DNA of 63,881 bases, the filler included, from Octopus bimaculoides (taxonomy: Eukaryota): NCBI RefSeq assembly GCF_001194135.2. It is 7 parts of 7 records of this genome, joined end to end, with 100 filler letters (N's around TTAATTAATTAA, not from the genome) between each part and the next. Parts side by side here need not be neighbours in the genome. Positions count along the whole stretch, not along the records: positions 1 to 29,783 come from NC_068981.1; positions 29,884 to 36,735 come from NC_068989.1; positions 36,836 to 41,309 come from NC_069008.1; 4 more parts are not named here. One strand, given 5' to 3'. Shown here piece after piece: positions 26,107 through 37,986 of the stretch. Position 1 is the stretch's first letter, and each line of letters starts with the position of its first letter. The translations under genes and the position numbers were made by a program. The notes below the pieces were generated by a model. The model did no database searches. It worked only from the letters and a program-made list of their open reading frames with translations, and had not been told where the DNA came from.

Positions 26107-26299
26107 AACAAACAAAATGAGGACAAATATCCGTCAAGTGTAGATAATGTAAATAAGAGTACCGATAACCTGGTCTATGGTTATTAGCTAAAGCACGCTC
26201 GCGAGCCTCTTTGAATCTATAGTGATACTGCTAAATGAGTGCCTATCCAAGAGGAAGTACCACAAAAGGAAGAAGCTGTTTAATATTGAAAGAGAAATC

Positions 26300-26626
26300 G
26301 AAAGGAAACGCTGCTCAAATTTCCGGTCAATTACGTGTCTACCAATTATGTGGAAACACCTGACAGGGATAATTGCGAAAGCGGTATATTGACACCTATA
26401 TGAGAAACACTTAATGCCTGATGAACAGAAAGGCTGTCGGGAAATGTGCAGAGGAATGAAAGATCAATTAATGACTGACATGATGTTCTTGAGAAATAGT
26501 AGAAAGAGACTGACGACTTTATACATGACGTGGATCGATTTTAGAAAGTGCAGAAAGAGAATAACTAATTTACGCATCGTATGGAGTGATTTTAGAAAAG
26601 ACAACGATCTACTTCCACATCCATAG
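26300..26626 (+). mobile_element. R4/Dong-type non-LTR reverse transcriptase fragment
   Basis: [41 protein letters not shown]...KDQLM...WIDFRK, matching the NYRPITCLP...EQKGCR...KDQL...WIDYKKAYD motif. Confidence 0.85.
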
Positions 26627-26999
26627 GTCAAGCGATATTTATTTGTTTTAACTTTTATATGCATTTTATTATACTTTACCTGTAGTTTCATGCTTTTGTC
26701 AACCGGCTTCGGTATTACAAACTTTTAAATCAAATATTTATACTCAAAACAAATTTATGCTTTCATAACTCAAATCAAATTTATATTATTCAAACCGATA
26801 CATATTAATTAAATTTACATGCGCTGATTTGAATAAATATCTTAGATAAGCTTTTTCATTATATTAAAATTGTAATGGTGTTGAAAAGCTGGATAACGAC
26901 GGTGCTAAAAATTATATATTACTAACTCTATGTTAAATATTGAGTTATTTTTCATATACTTGTATATACGGAAATATTCATTTTTCTAATTTTTTTTTA

Positions 27000-27177
27000 G
27001 CGGTTTCATTTGTTTGACCAGTGCCATACTGGAGCACAATCTATAAGGGTTTAGTCGAACGTAATTGAATCAGTATTCATTTCAGCATTTGGTGCTTGTT
27101 TTATCGGACCCCTTAGTTTATGAATGTAAACAAATATAAATACAAACACGTAAACTCATTCAAACACATATATTTAT

Positions 27178-27228
<51 letters not shown>

Positions 27229-27370
27229 NNNNNNNNNNNNNNNNNNNNNNNNNNNNNNNNNNNNNNNNNNNNNNNNNNNNNNNNNNNNNNNNNNNNNNNN
27301 NNNNNNNNNNNNNNNNNNNNNNNNNNNNNNNNNNNNNNNNNNNNNNNNNNNNNNNNNNNNNNNNNNNNNN

Positions 27371-27416
<46 letters not shown>

Positions 27417-27545
27417 GACGGTTTTAGTTTTAGTTTCAGTTTCTCCCTATCAAATTTTACTCATAAGGTCACCTGAGGTTATAGCGCGCCCAAGGAATCG
27501 TGCAGTGGGACTCAACCTGAAACAACCTAGTTGTTAAATGAATGT
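27000..27545 (-). mobile_element. SINE family B, old diverged copy around a (CA)n/(TA)n gap
   Basis: Tail-like 27000-27110; head-like 27415-27545 (GCAGTGGGACTCAACC). Confidence 0.65.
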
Positions 27546-28924
27546 ATTTCCCAAATCCCCCCTGTCTGTACGTACGCCGTAAAAGTAAATTCATGATGTA
27601 AGGTTTATTTATTTAAATTTGATGATTTAGTTCGTTGGTAATTAGATCTTCATAATGTGTGTTCTTTCAAGTGACAAATAGAAGACTTTGGTTAGGGGAT
27701 TCAGGAACGTAGAACATAGAGCTTAAGTATTCTTTTTACATATTTCATTGAGCCACTTTGATCGAGTGCTAACGGAGTGATCATGTTGAAGCAATGTAGA
27801 GCTGGCCTATTTTTAATGTGTAGCTGTTCCTTTGTATGAATGGTCATTTGTCATTTGTACTGAATAAAGAGAATGCTACTGCATGAGAGAATATAGTGAT
27901 TAAATATATACGTAATCAAATGCAGGACAGTTACTACTATCGTAGTCAATGGCAGTCTTTCTTACATGGATTTTAGTTGTGGTTTCTTGAGGAGAAATTT
28001 GTTCATATGCCTACACACATACAAAATTTCTCGTCGTCTTTTGTTTAAGAGCTTGAAGCACTGCATCAAGTTGTTCAAATCTTCAGTCGGATATAATTTA
28101 CATTGCTTAAACAAAGCTCTAGCTTACACTATCCTTCAGTTTTCTCTCGTATTGAAATAGAGAAATAAAATGATCCTACCTCTAATCTAGAAGAGGGAGT
28201 GATCTGCGTGTATCCGGAGCGAATGGCGTTTCCATGAGCCCTATAGCACTTTTCAGAGACTTCTGCATATGTTATTTTGCTCTGCTAATATACGACACTC
28301 GCCACTAAAAGAGGAAAAGCTTACTTGCTACATTGGAAGCTACGCACTCATGGTTATTAACATATTTCAGCTCAATAAAATATATTTTACTTCTGTTTTG
28401 TGGGAGTGGCTACACATATTCACGATTTTCTTTGAAGCCACTTATTAATGTCTTATTGTAGTAAGGTGCGGCTCGACTGAGTATGTCCCTGTCGGAGGCC
28501 AGATTGGGTAAGACCTATTTATGTTACCGACTAAGATACACACACACACACACANNNNNNNNNNNNNNNNNNNNNNNNNNNNNNNNNNNNNNNNNNNNNN
28601 NNNNNNNNNNNNNNNNNNNNNNNNNNNNNNNNNNNNNNNNNNNNNNNNNNNNNNNNNNNNNNNNNNNNNNNNNNNNNNNNNNNNNNNNNNNNNNNNNNNN
28701 NNNNNNNNNNNNNNNNNNNNNNNNNNNNNNNNNNNNNNNNNNNNNNNNNNNNNNNNNNNNNNNNNNNNNNNNNNNNNNNNNNNNNNNNNNNNNNNNNNNN
28801 NNNNNNNNNNNNNNNNNNNNNNNNNNNNNNNNNNNNNNNNNNNNNNNNNNNNNNNNNNNNNNNNNNNNNNNNNNNNNNNNNNNNNNNNNNNNNNNNNNNN
28901 NNNNNNNNNNNNNNNNNNNNNNNN

Positions 28925-28959
<35 letters not shown>

Positions 28960-29169
28960 ATTGCTGTTCACTCTTCTCTAAAGAAGACCATCATTGACTG
29001 TAAAAGAAATCGCTTTTTCGATAATAGCGTTTTAAACCCTGTCAGATCATATATATCTTTTGGCAGACCGTACAAAATTGTCTACGTGCAAAGTATTGTG
29101 CAGAAATATTTCCTGATTTATAGTAATGTGTCTTTTGCATATATACATACAGAGTTATGAAAAAATACA

Positions 29170-29317
29170 AGCGTGACTGTGTGGTAGGCACCTTGCTTCC
29201 CAACCACATGGTTCCCGGTTCAATCCCACTGCGAAGCACCTTAGGAAAGTATCTTCTACACTAGCCTTGGGCCGACCAAACCTTTACGAGTGGATTTGGT
29301 AGATGGAAGCTAAAAAG
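29170..29317 (+). mobile_element. SINE family B left half
   Basis: Head to GATGGAAGCTAAAAAG, then fused to family C. Confidence 0.85.
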
Positions 29318-29553
29318 GAGGCGACGAGTTGGCAGAAACGTTAGCACGCCGGGCGAAATTCTTAGCGGTATTTCGTCTGCCGCTACGTTCTGAGTTCAAA
29401 TTCCGCTAAGGTCGACTTTGCCTTTCATCTTTTCGGGTTCAATTAAATTAGTACCAGTTACGCACTGGGGTCGATATAATCGACTTAATTCATTTGTCTG
29501 TCCTTGTTTGTCCCCTCTGTGTGTAGCCCCTTGTGGGCAGTAAAGAAATAAGG
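29318..29553 (+). mobile_element. SINE family C, full-length
   Basis: AGGCGACGAGTTGGCAGAAACG head; GAGTTCAAATTCC B-box; A-rich tail. Confidence 0.9.
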
Positions 29554-29554
29554 A

Positions 29555-29700
29555 AACTAAAAAGAAGATCGTCGAATATATATCTGTAGTTTATTGTTCT
29601 AACGTCCTGTACCCTGATATGCATGTATATACACATGTAGATGTAAGTATGTACATATATGTGTGTATACATGTATATATATTCTTTGTATTATTACATT
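29555..29700 (-). repeat. Dispersed repeat family F fragment
   Basis: CTAACGTCCTGTACCCTGATATGCAT shared with 44085-44220 and, inverted, with 34900-34970. Confidence 0.7.
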
Positions 29701-29883
29701 ATTGAACGCACACGTCCTTTTTTGCAAGTAAGTCTACTATTATTCTGACGTGACTATCTATCTATCTATCTATCTATCTATCTNNNNNNNNNNNNNNNNN
29801 NNNNNNNNNNNNNNNNNNNNNNNNNNNTTAATTAATTAANNNNNNNNNNNNNNNNNNNNNNNNNNNNNNNNNNNNNNNNNNNN

Positions 29884-30428
29884 ACCAGGAGGGCAAGGCA
29901 ATTTTCCTATGCCTAGTGGCTGTAGCGAAAGAGGTGATATGAAGGGCTAAAGACACACTTTCCTCTTTGGCCAAGGCCTCATCAACTTTTTCAAGTTCCA
30001 CTTGAAAAGGAAGATGAGAGTAGAGAGGGATGTGCTGTCTCATAGCAAATTCGTTGAAAGATGGGTGACTATTGGAAGAATGGCCAGTGTAAACGGACCA
30101 ATTCTGAGAATACACCTGTAGAAAAAAAAAGGTAATGTAAAAGGAGAAAGGGCTCTATAACCCTTTCTTATTTTTTCTGACCAGGCTCCCGTGGTTTTAT
30201 GGGGTTTTCCACGTGTAACCTTTCCTTTTTCGAAGCGCCTCCCCCTTTGGGAGTTCTACTTATTTATTTATCTATTTATTTATCTATTTATTTATAATAA
30301 CTTTCTCCGTTTTCTTCCTGTTTAAACGAACTTTCCTACCTTTACGGACAAAACCTTTTGTAACCTTCGTCCTGTCTTTGTCCTTATATGTTTTTATTTG
30401 ATATTAGCCCTTGTGGCCAATAAAACGA

Positions 30429-30459
<31 letters not shown>

Positions 30460-30462
30460 CTT
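29884..30462 (+). mobile_element. L1/Tx1-type LINE 3' end
   Basis: FLCLVAVAKEVI*...GQGLINFFKFHLKRKMRVERDVLSHSKFVERWV resembles a Tx1 ORF2 C-terminus; followed by a 3' UTR, AATAAA and a (TTA)n tail. Confidence 0.65.
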
Positions 30463-30533
30463 ATTGTTGTTGTTGTTGTTGTTGTTATAATTATCATCAT
30501 CACCACCACCATCATCATCATCATTATTATTTT

Positions 30534-30790
30534 AAACAAACCAAGTCCTTAAACACAAGCTGGACCTGGTAGTGGTGGGCAAGGCGACCCATCGGGCTCT
30601 ATAATTGATGTTGCATGCTCCTTTGACCCACAAATGGTTAAGTATGAAAGAGAAAAAAAAATAGACGTATACAATCCTCTTAAATACAAGATAGCTGGAC
30701 CATAGAAAATGAAAAAGGTGAAGAAAGTGTCAATTGTTATTGGAACTTTGGGGACAATATCAGAAGGTATTAAGAGGAATATAAAGACAT
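30534..30790 (+). mobile_element. R4/Dong-type restriction-like endonuclease fragment
   Basis: IIDVACSFDP...IDVYNPLKYKI...KMKKVK...IGTLGTISEGIKRNIK, homologous to 36129-36419. Confidence 0.8.
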
Positions 30791-31539
30791 GTATGCTTGT
30801 AACCTCACCCAGAGTAAGAGCAGGATAGGTGTGGTTGATACAATCGACTAAAATCTGTTTAAAGCTCGTTCCTAGTATGATCGTAGTCCAGTGACTGAAA
30901 GCAGTAAGAAATCAACTTTATAGCTGAACACACAGATTTTACTATTCAAATTGATTGCTGAGCAGCACGACAGCTTAGACTTCTCTGCCTAGTCGTTACC
31001 ACTGTTTTTGAGTTTTAAATGAATTTCAGACCTCTACAGACCGGTTAATTTGACTAGTAAATATGTTTTTATTGAGTTATTTATATATACAAATGTCAGA
31101 CTCAATGCGTAACAAGAAATAATTATCTTATTGTATTTAATTTTGTCTCTTTATATTCTGTCTTGAAATAAGATTCAGCCTCAATAATTTCTTGATGTCA
31201 CTTTGAAGCAAAATGTGGTGATTCACTTGTATTGAAGACCATATAACACCTTTTTATTTTTGTCTGCATTCACAAAGGAAGTATTATTTTGATCATTGAA
31301 TCGATGTAGGCAATAAGGAAAGTATTCAAAAGGTTCAATGAGTTTCCAGTCAATATTTTACTTAATTTAGTTCAAGAGAGAAAATGATTTGGTTCAACAG
31401 AGTAAAGAGCTAAGTCCAAGAGAGAAACAAAAAGTATATTTCGCTTTTGTCTTGCAGATTTTTTAATGTAAACTCATGTGCTGAAACAGATTCTGTTCTA
31501 TCTGGTGGCGGTGGGCGGGGGTCATTATGCCAATAATCA

Positions 31540-31624
<85 letters not shown>

Positions 31625-32039
31625 CTATTTTGTTATTATTAGTCAATTTGTTGACATTCAGCAAATAAATTATTCGATTGTTTCATTAATCATTCGGTTA
31701 ATCAATCTTTCGGCTTGATTTCTCAGCCCTTTCGTTGCCATTTACAACCTCAGCAATGACACGCTGTTTCTCCTTATCAGACTTCAAAGAGAGAGCGTAT
31801 GTCATTGATTCTGTCGCGAATGGTGATGCAAAGACTGACAGACAAATGATTGTTTAGCCGACTGATAAAGCAAAACAATGAGTAGCTTTTTGGTTAAATA
31901 ACTAAACAACTGATAAATAATAAAGAAATGAAATCCAACGTGTGTGTGTCTATTATTGGCGTAATGACTCTTCCAACTATAACAAGAAGTAACATTGTCT
32001 ACAAAGAAAGATCGTCACAGAAACCGTGTACAAGTTTTG

Positions 32040-32255
32040 TACGTGTACGTAGCTTTGGGTAAAAGAAAATATAGGAGAACCAGTTAATTATGATTTTATT
32101 CAACATATTCCCCTCTTGGATTGACACACTTATTGCAGCGGTCCATCAATTTTTTTAAGCCCTGTAAAAGATCCTGGAAGGTTGGGCCTCCAACCAGGCT
32201 TTTCGTGATACCCTTAAAGCCAAGAACTTTTCAGCATCTCCTGATTAGTTGTTGA
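32040..32255 (-). mobile_element. mariner 3' end fragment
   Basis: Minus strand reads GLKKLMDRCNKCVNPRGEYVE*, the canonical mariner C-terminus (GIxKLxxRWxKCxxxxGxYVE). Confidence 0.75.
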
Positions 32256-32986
32256 TGTCCTACTGATCATCTTATTCAATTAATTTTTCGTTTTGTAAAG
32301 TATTTGACGTGGGTGATGAAATCTGCATTTCAAAGCATGGAACATGTGTCATCTCACTAACTGACTCTGTCCTCTCTGTGCTACAACTGTAATTAACCGT
32401 TTCTATATTTCTGACTGCTGACTCTGCTATGACTGACTTCTGCAAGCGAAATGAGAAGCGAGTTGGATAGATTTTATCGTATGTCATTGTTTTTTTTTTG
32501 TGGTATTAGCATTTATAAACCTACTGAATTAATATCGAAAATGTCCCTAGTGTGCAAATTGCGTAGCCCCTGAAATTGTATTTTGCCTCGTATATGGCTA
32601 CCATACGAAAAAAGATGAGCGCCTTGTAACTATGTCAGAAAGCAGTGGTTATATGTTTATGGTTAGTGAATAAGGCGGCTCATTGTACCTCATTAAAAAG
32701 ATGTTAAACATTGAACTTTGACAAATCGCATGAAACAGTGAAGGAACTCAATCATTCGATTATGAGTTTTCAATTTTTCGAACAATTGCGGTGCTTCAGC
32801 ATGGCCGCTGTCAAATGACTGAATACAGTAAAGAAATTAAACTCCCATGATCATTGAATAAACGTGAAAGTAGGTAAACATTTTAGGCACATGTACCTTT
32901 AACGTAATCATAAGTAGAATCAGCGTGACACAACATATGACAACGCTGAATCGTTTAAATCGCAAGTACGATCTAGAGACAGGCTT

Positions 32987-33314
32987 CTGGCACTCCATCA
33001 CTTATGACAATAAGAGTTCTAGTTGATCCGTTTAACGAAGCAGCCGGTTCGTGATATTAACGTGTTAGTGGCTGAGCACTCCACAAACATGTGTATCGTT
33101 AAAGTAGTTCTCAGGGAGATTGAGCGTGACACAGAATGGAACAAGATTGCCCTTTGTTTGAATTACAGGTACAACTAATTTTTTCAAGCTGAGTGGACTG
33201 GAGAAATGTGAAATAAACTGTCTTGCTCAAGGACACGACACACCGCCAGGAATCGAACTCACGATCTTATGATCGAGAACCGAATTCCCTAACCCCTTAA
33301 CCACTCGCCTTCAC
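32987..33314 (-). mobile_element. Chimeric SINE: family D-type head/core with family A tail
   Basis: Minus strand: GTGTCCTTGAGCAAGACAG...CCAGTCCACTCAGC (D-type), then GTACCTGTAATTC...GGAGTGCTCAGCCAC...GGATCAACTAGAAC (A-type). Confidence 0.75.
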
Positions 33315-34590
33315 TTGACAGACTTCTATAGAGCTTCTGTCGATTCAATTTCGCTCACAAGGTATGAATCGAGCAGGGGTAATAGAAAATGAGTTTAGCC
33401 CCAAATGTCACCCCATGCGATTGAATCCTGGTTTTCGTGATTGAAAAACGAACTTCTTAAGAATTCTGCCATATTTCCCATACCATAGAAATGAAATTAA
33501 GTAGACGGAAACTGTACAGAAGCCTGCTTAGTGGATTGTGCTGTCATACGTCATGTCACGTAGATTCTGCTTGAGAGTTATGTAAAAGTATTCCATGTGC
33601 CTATGGAATACACAGCCACTTATAAGCTAATTCGATGAGCCTGCTAGTTGAGCTGAACGAACATCTAAATTACTCATGGTCGATCAGTTATATAAATAGA
33701 TATAACTGAAAATTAAAACCAAGACACTATCAGTATTCATGAACTTAAGTCAGCTCTAAACCCCCTGTCATTTAAGTCGATGCTTTTATTTTATGATCGA
33801 TAACTTTTCGATTCTAAACAGAATGTTTTCCTTTTTAACCTCTCATTCAAATGAAATGTCTTTCCGATTTTAATTTGATTTAAAAGATTCTTCGATATAA
33901 ATTTGACAACAATGCTGGCTTATATTTTTTTTTTGCTGTTGTGATTAAGATCAAAATTAGTGCTGATGCAGTAGACATCACAAAAGAGGTTAAAACCTTG
34001 ACCACCCAGCTTTTTTTTCTGAGTAAAACGGCTCTGTCGATTATCAACAGCAAGAACAACAACAGGTTAATGTTTACAAGTACACTGACACGCAAAAATC
34101 GATATTTTTTATTTAAAATTTTTTCAGCGAATTCCTGTGTTTTCAATGACGGAGATTCTGAATATGCCAAAAAAAAAAAAAAAAAACATGTTTCAAAATT
34201 TTAAATTCCCCCCTCCCCATCGCAAATTTTTTAATTTTCACTTTTTTTCGATTTTCTTTTTGAATCTACGTGGAAGAATATGGAGATTAATAATATGGAA
34301 AAAAAAAAAAACATTAATTTCAAATTTTCTATGAGAAAACTCCAAAATTGATTCAAACACCCTTTGCTACCCCATCCCGCCGTCTAAAAGTGAAAATGAA
34401 CGGCTTGTGTGTTTTGTGTGCGCTTGAGAATGAACAGAGAAAATACACCAAACTATATTTTACATACCTGTCGTATATATCGATTTTGCTTTTTCGCTTT
34501 AAAGGCAAACGATCCTGATAGAAGCAAACACGATATTCAGTCATATGAAAGGCAAAATCGACCTCGGCGGAATTTGAGCAACAACAACAA

Positions 34591-35597
34591 AGGCTCTGTG
34601 GTAAGAAGCATGCTTCCCAACCACATGGTTCTGAGTTCATTCCCACTGCGTAGCACCTTGGGCAAGTGTCTTCTACTATAGCCTCGAGTCAGTAGATTTG
34701 TTAGACGGAAGCTGAAAGAAGCCCATCGTATATNNNNNNNNNNNNNNNNNNNNNNNNNNNNNNNNNNNNNNNNNNNNNNNNNNNNNNNNNNNNNNNNNNN
34801 NNNNNNNNNNNNNNNNNNNNNNNNNNNNNNNNNNNNNNNNNNNNNNNNNNNNNNNNNNNNNNNNNNNNNNNNAATAATATATAAATATATGCTTATATCC
34901 ATACATATATGTACATATCTACATCTATATGTATACATACATGCATATATGGGTACAGGACATCACAAAAAACGTTAAACATAATGAGAAACAAAAATAT
35001 AAAGACAAAGACAGAAAACGAACTTTTTCGAACAACGAAAAAAAACAAACAAACAGAGAAACGAGACATGCAACATAAAGAATATTTCCCCTCTTCAGTT
35101 GTCCCTGTCCCATCTACTCCGCGTTTCGAAGGCAAGAACAATACGCGACTTTGTTAGAATTGTCTTTCCCGCAATGTAAATTAAATAAAATTTGGAATTT
35201 TTTGCGGAGGGTGAAAGTGTAAACAAGAACAGGACAGTGAGAACAAGACAGTAAAAGCAAGACAGAACAGTGAAAANNNNNNNNNNCAAGAACAGGACAG
35301 TGAGAACAAGACAGTAAAAGCAAGACAGAACAGTGAAAACAAACGGTAAGGGCTGTTAGGCCAAGACGATAGAAAAATTATTATGTCTGTGTGTCTGTGT
35401 TTGTCCCCCTACCGTCGCTTGACGACCGATGTTGGTGTGTTTATGTCCCCGTAACTTAGCGGTTCAGCAAAAGAGGCCGATAGAATAAGTACTAGATTTA
35501 CAAAGAATAAGTCCTCGAGTTGACTTGTTCGACTAAAGGTGGTGCTCCAGTATGGCCGCATTCAAATGACTGAAACAACTAAAAGAATAAGAATAAG
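34591..35597 (+). mobile_element. SINE family B split by a family F insertion at its internal microsatellite
   Basis: B left half 34591-34733; gap; family F at about 34880-35370; B right half 35383-35597. Confidence 0.75.
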
Positions 35598-35956
35598 ACC
35601 TGATGTACTACCAGGCAGAGGCTCGCGTGGCTTCTGATCTTAACTGATTGGAATTGTTATCATGTACTTGTTTTGTTTTGATGAAAAAGATGGGCTACAA
35701 TAAATATTCTGCTCAATACCACAGATTTACTTGCCTGTCAGTTGCTGGACAACCAGTTGAGTATATCTCTTAGTGGCTGATACAGTATGTGCATCTCTAA
35801 TCACGAGCAGGTGTAGTGGGGGCGCATCACAGCCAGGTGTTGAGAGGAATTCTTTTGGGTTTGAATAATTCACTTCTAGAAACATGGGTGTTTTGTTCAT
35901 CATCCTTAAACAAGCCTTATTCAGGGACCGTTTGAGCAGGACGAGCTACTCGACCC

Positions 35957-36511
35957 ATGCTTCATTGGAAACTGCAAAAAAGTGGGGACTAGAGAGAGGC
36001 AAGACGTAATATGAGCACAAAACGCAGAGAGTGGCAGAGTAGGAGACTAGCAAAATCCTCTGAGATTTCCCAATCCAAACAGATCACGTGCTAGAGCATA
36101 ACAGACCCGGCCTAGTGGTGATGTCAAGGTGCACCACACATGCTATATAGTTGACGTTGCATGCTCTTTTGACCCACGAATAGTCAAGAAGGAAGACGAA
36201 AAGATAGATACATACAACCCTCTTAAGTACGAAATAGCCTGGCTATGGAAAATGAAGAAGGTGAAGATAGCGCCAATTATTGTCGGGTCCGTGGGAACAG
36301 TATCAGAAGGCATCAAAAAGAATATAAAGGAAATTGGAATAAAGTGCTCAGTAGAACTGTTACAAAAGGTTTGCCCCCTTGGCACGGCCAGAATAATCAT
36401 AAAAATATTAGATAATTGAAAAGAACGAATAGCATGGTACCGTAGGCTGCAGCTAGTACGCCCACTACGTATGCGAGACTCCAGGTGCTCCAACAAAACC
36501 TGTGATAAAGA
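35957..36511 (+). mobile_element. R4/Dong-type LINE 3' end (RLE endonuclease and 3' UTR) ending in (TAA)n
   Basis: LHWKL.KKWGLE...YEHK...KIL*DFPIQTDHVLEHNRP...YIVDVACSFDPRIVKKEDEKIDTYNPLKYEIAWLWKMKKV: PD-(D/E)xK-type RLE; tail 36512-36562. Confidence 0.88.
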
Positions 36512-36562
<51 letters not shown>

Positions 36563-36564
<2 letters not shown>

Positions 36565-36735
36565 TCCATGAATAAATGGCAGACAGTGCTACAGCTCCAA
36601 ACGAAAGAGGGACTTGTGAAAACGAAAGCCATCCCCATTAGAAGAGGAATATTCCAGGGAGACACGCTCTCTCCACTCCTGTTCTGCCTGGCACTCACAC
36701 CTTTAACTGAATTGCTAAATAGAACTGGATGCGGA
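36563..36735 (+). mobile_element. Second R4/Dong-type copy, 5'-truncated in the RT domain
   Basis: IPIRRGIFQGDTLSPLLFCLALTPL is the RT motif QGDxLSP; runs into a gap. Confidence 0.88.
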
Positions 36736-36835
36736 NNNNNNNNNNNNNNNNNNNNNNNNNNNNNNNNNNNNNNNNNNNNTTAATTAATTAANNNNNNNNN
36801 NNNNNNNNNNNNNNNNNNNNNNNNNNNNNNNNNNN

Positions 36836-37078
36836 TTCAATATACAACATTTCGAGCATGGCCGTTGCCAGTACCTCCTGACTGGCCTCCGTGCCGGTGG
36901 CACGTAAAAGCACCCTCTACACTCTCTGAGTGGTTGGCGTTAGGAAGGGCATCCAGCTGTAGAAACTCTGCCAAATCAGATTGGAACCTGATGTAACCAT
37001 CTGGTTTCACCAGTCCTCAGTCAAATCGTCCAACCCATGCTAGCATGGAAGGTAAACGTTAAACGATGATGATGATGC
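36836..37078 (+). mobile_element. Short retroposon family E with (GAT)n tail (RTE-type ends)
   Basis: GGCGTTAGGAAGGGCATCCAGCTGTAGAAAC...CCCATGCTAGCATGGAA...(GAT)n; near-identical copy at 42060-42357. Confidence 0.8.
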
Positions 37079-37253
37079 TTCTGGCCATCGCTCATCATCT
37101 CTTTTTAACCAAATCCGGTGGCTTGCCTTTGGATATCGGTCATGGTGGTATTTACTTTACGATGAGTTAGGCCTAACGATAACAGCAGTCGTCTCTCACT
37201 GTGTCCAACATCATACGCACTTATACCACATTTAGTCCTGTATATCTAGTCAC

Positions 37254-37593
37254 CGCGGAGGCACAATGGCCCAGTGGTTAGGGCAGCTGACTCATGGTCG
37301 TAGGTTCACAGTTTTGATTACCAGACCAAGCGTTGTGTGTGTTTATTGAATGAAAACACCTAAAGCTCTTTCACCACAACTTTCTCTACTCTTTCTTCCT
37401 GTTTCTGTTGTACCTGTATTTCAAAGGGCCAGCCTTGTCCCACTCTGTGTCATGCTGAATCTCCCTGAGAACTACGTTAAGGGTACACGTGTCTGTGGAG
37501 TGCTCAGCCATTTGCACGTTAATTTCACGAACGGGCTGTTCCATTGATCGGATCAACTGAAATCCTCGTCGTAAACGACGGAATGCCACAACG
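37254..37593 (+). mobile_element. SINE family A, internal deletion, 11-bp TSD
   Basis: ATCTAGTCACC at 37244-37254 and 37594-37604. Confidence 0.88.
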
Positions 37594-37986
37594 ATCTAGT
37601 CACCATTTCTGTCACCATCTATCTGCAGTTAAAATGCTAAAGAGATTAAATGCTCTAAATTAAAACTATTCACCACCATTTAGCAGCAGTTGTGTCACTA
37701 TTTATCTGTCACCATTTATCTGCAGCTGTGTTCNNNNNNNNNNNNNNNNNNNNNNNNNNNNNNNNNNNNNNNNNNNNNNNNNNNNNNNNNNNNNNNNNNN
37801 NNNNNNNNNNNNNNNNNNNNNNNNNNNNNNNNNNNNNNNNNNNNNNNNNNNNNNNNNNNNNNNNNNNNNNNNNNNNNNNNNNNNNNNNNNNNNNNNNNNN
37901 NNNNNNNNNNNNNNNNNNNNNNNNNNNNNNNNNNNNNNNNNNNNNNNNNNNNNNNNNNNNNNNNNNNNNNNNNNNNNNNNNNNNNN

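Larger units (their letters stand above)
25722..26157 (-). mobile_element. Penelope-like element (PLE), 5'-truncated, with inverted terminal repeat fragment
   Basis: Inverted arms 25722-25770 / 26038-26087; minus-strand peptide remnant NADMNSIWEPVLKKDR; CTGANGA...CGAAAC motif typical of PLE pLTRs. Confidence 0.7.

Noticed and set aside
27560-28470. Coding-looking unique stretch with closely spaced GT/AG motifs on the minus strand
   Set aside because: All frames contain stops, the implied introns are 12-34 nt, and no family was recognised.
29828-29839. Recurrent TTAATTAATTAA islands as a possible motif or array spacer
   Set aside because: They are always embedded in Ns; this is a synthetic all-frame stop linker.
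30430-30534. (TTA)n before the Dong fragment at 30534 as a second target site
   Set aside because: It is in the opposite orientation to the tract at 36512 and is better explained as the tail of the upstream L1/Tx1-type element.
35081-35135. Hammerhead in family F (CUGAAGA on the minus strand here, CUGAUGA at about 44049)
   Set aside because: The CUGANGA is positionally conserved, but I could not build stems I and III with a correctly placed GAAA and UH in either copy.
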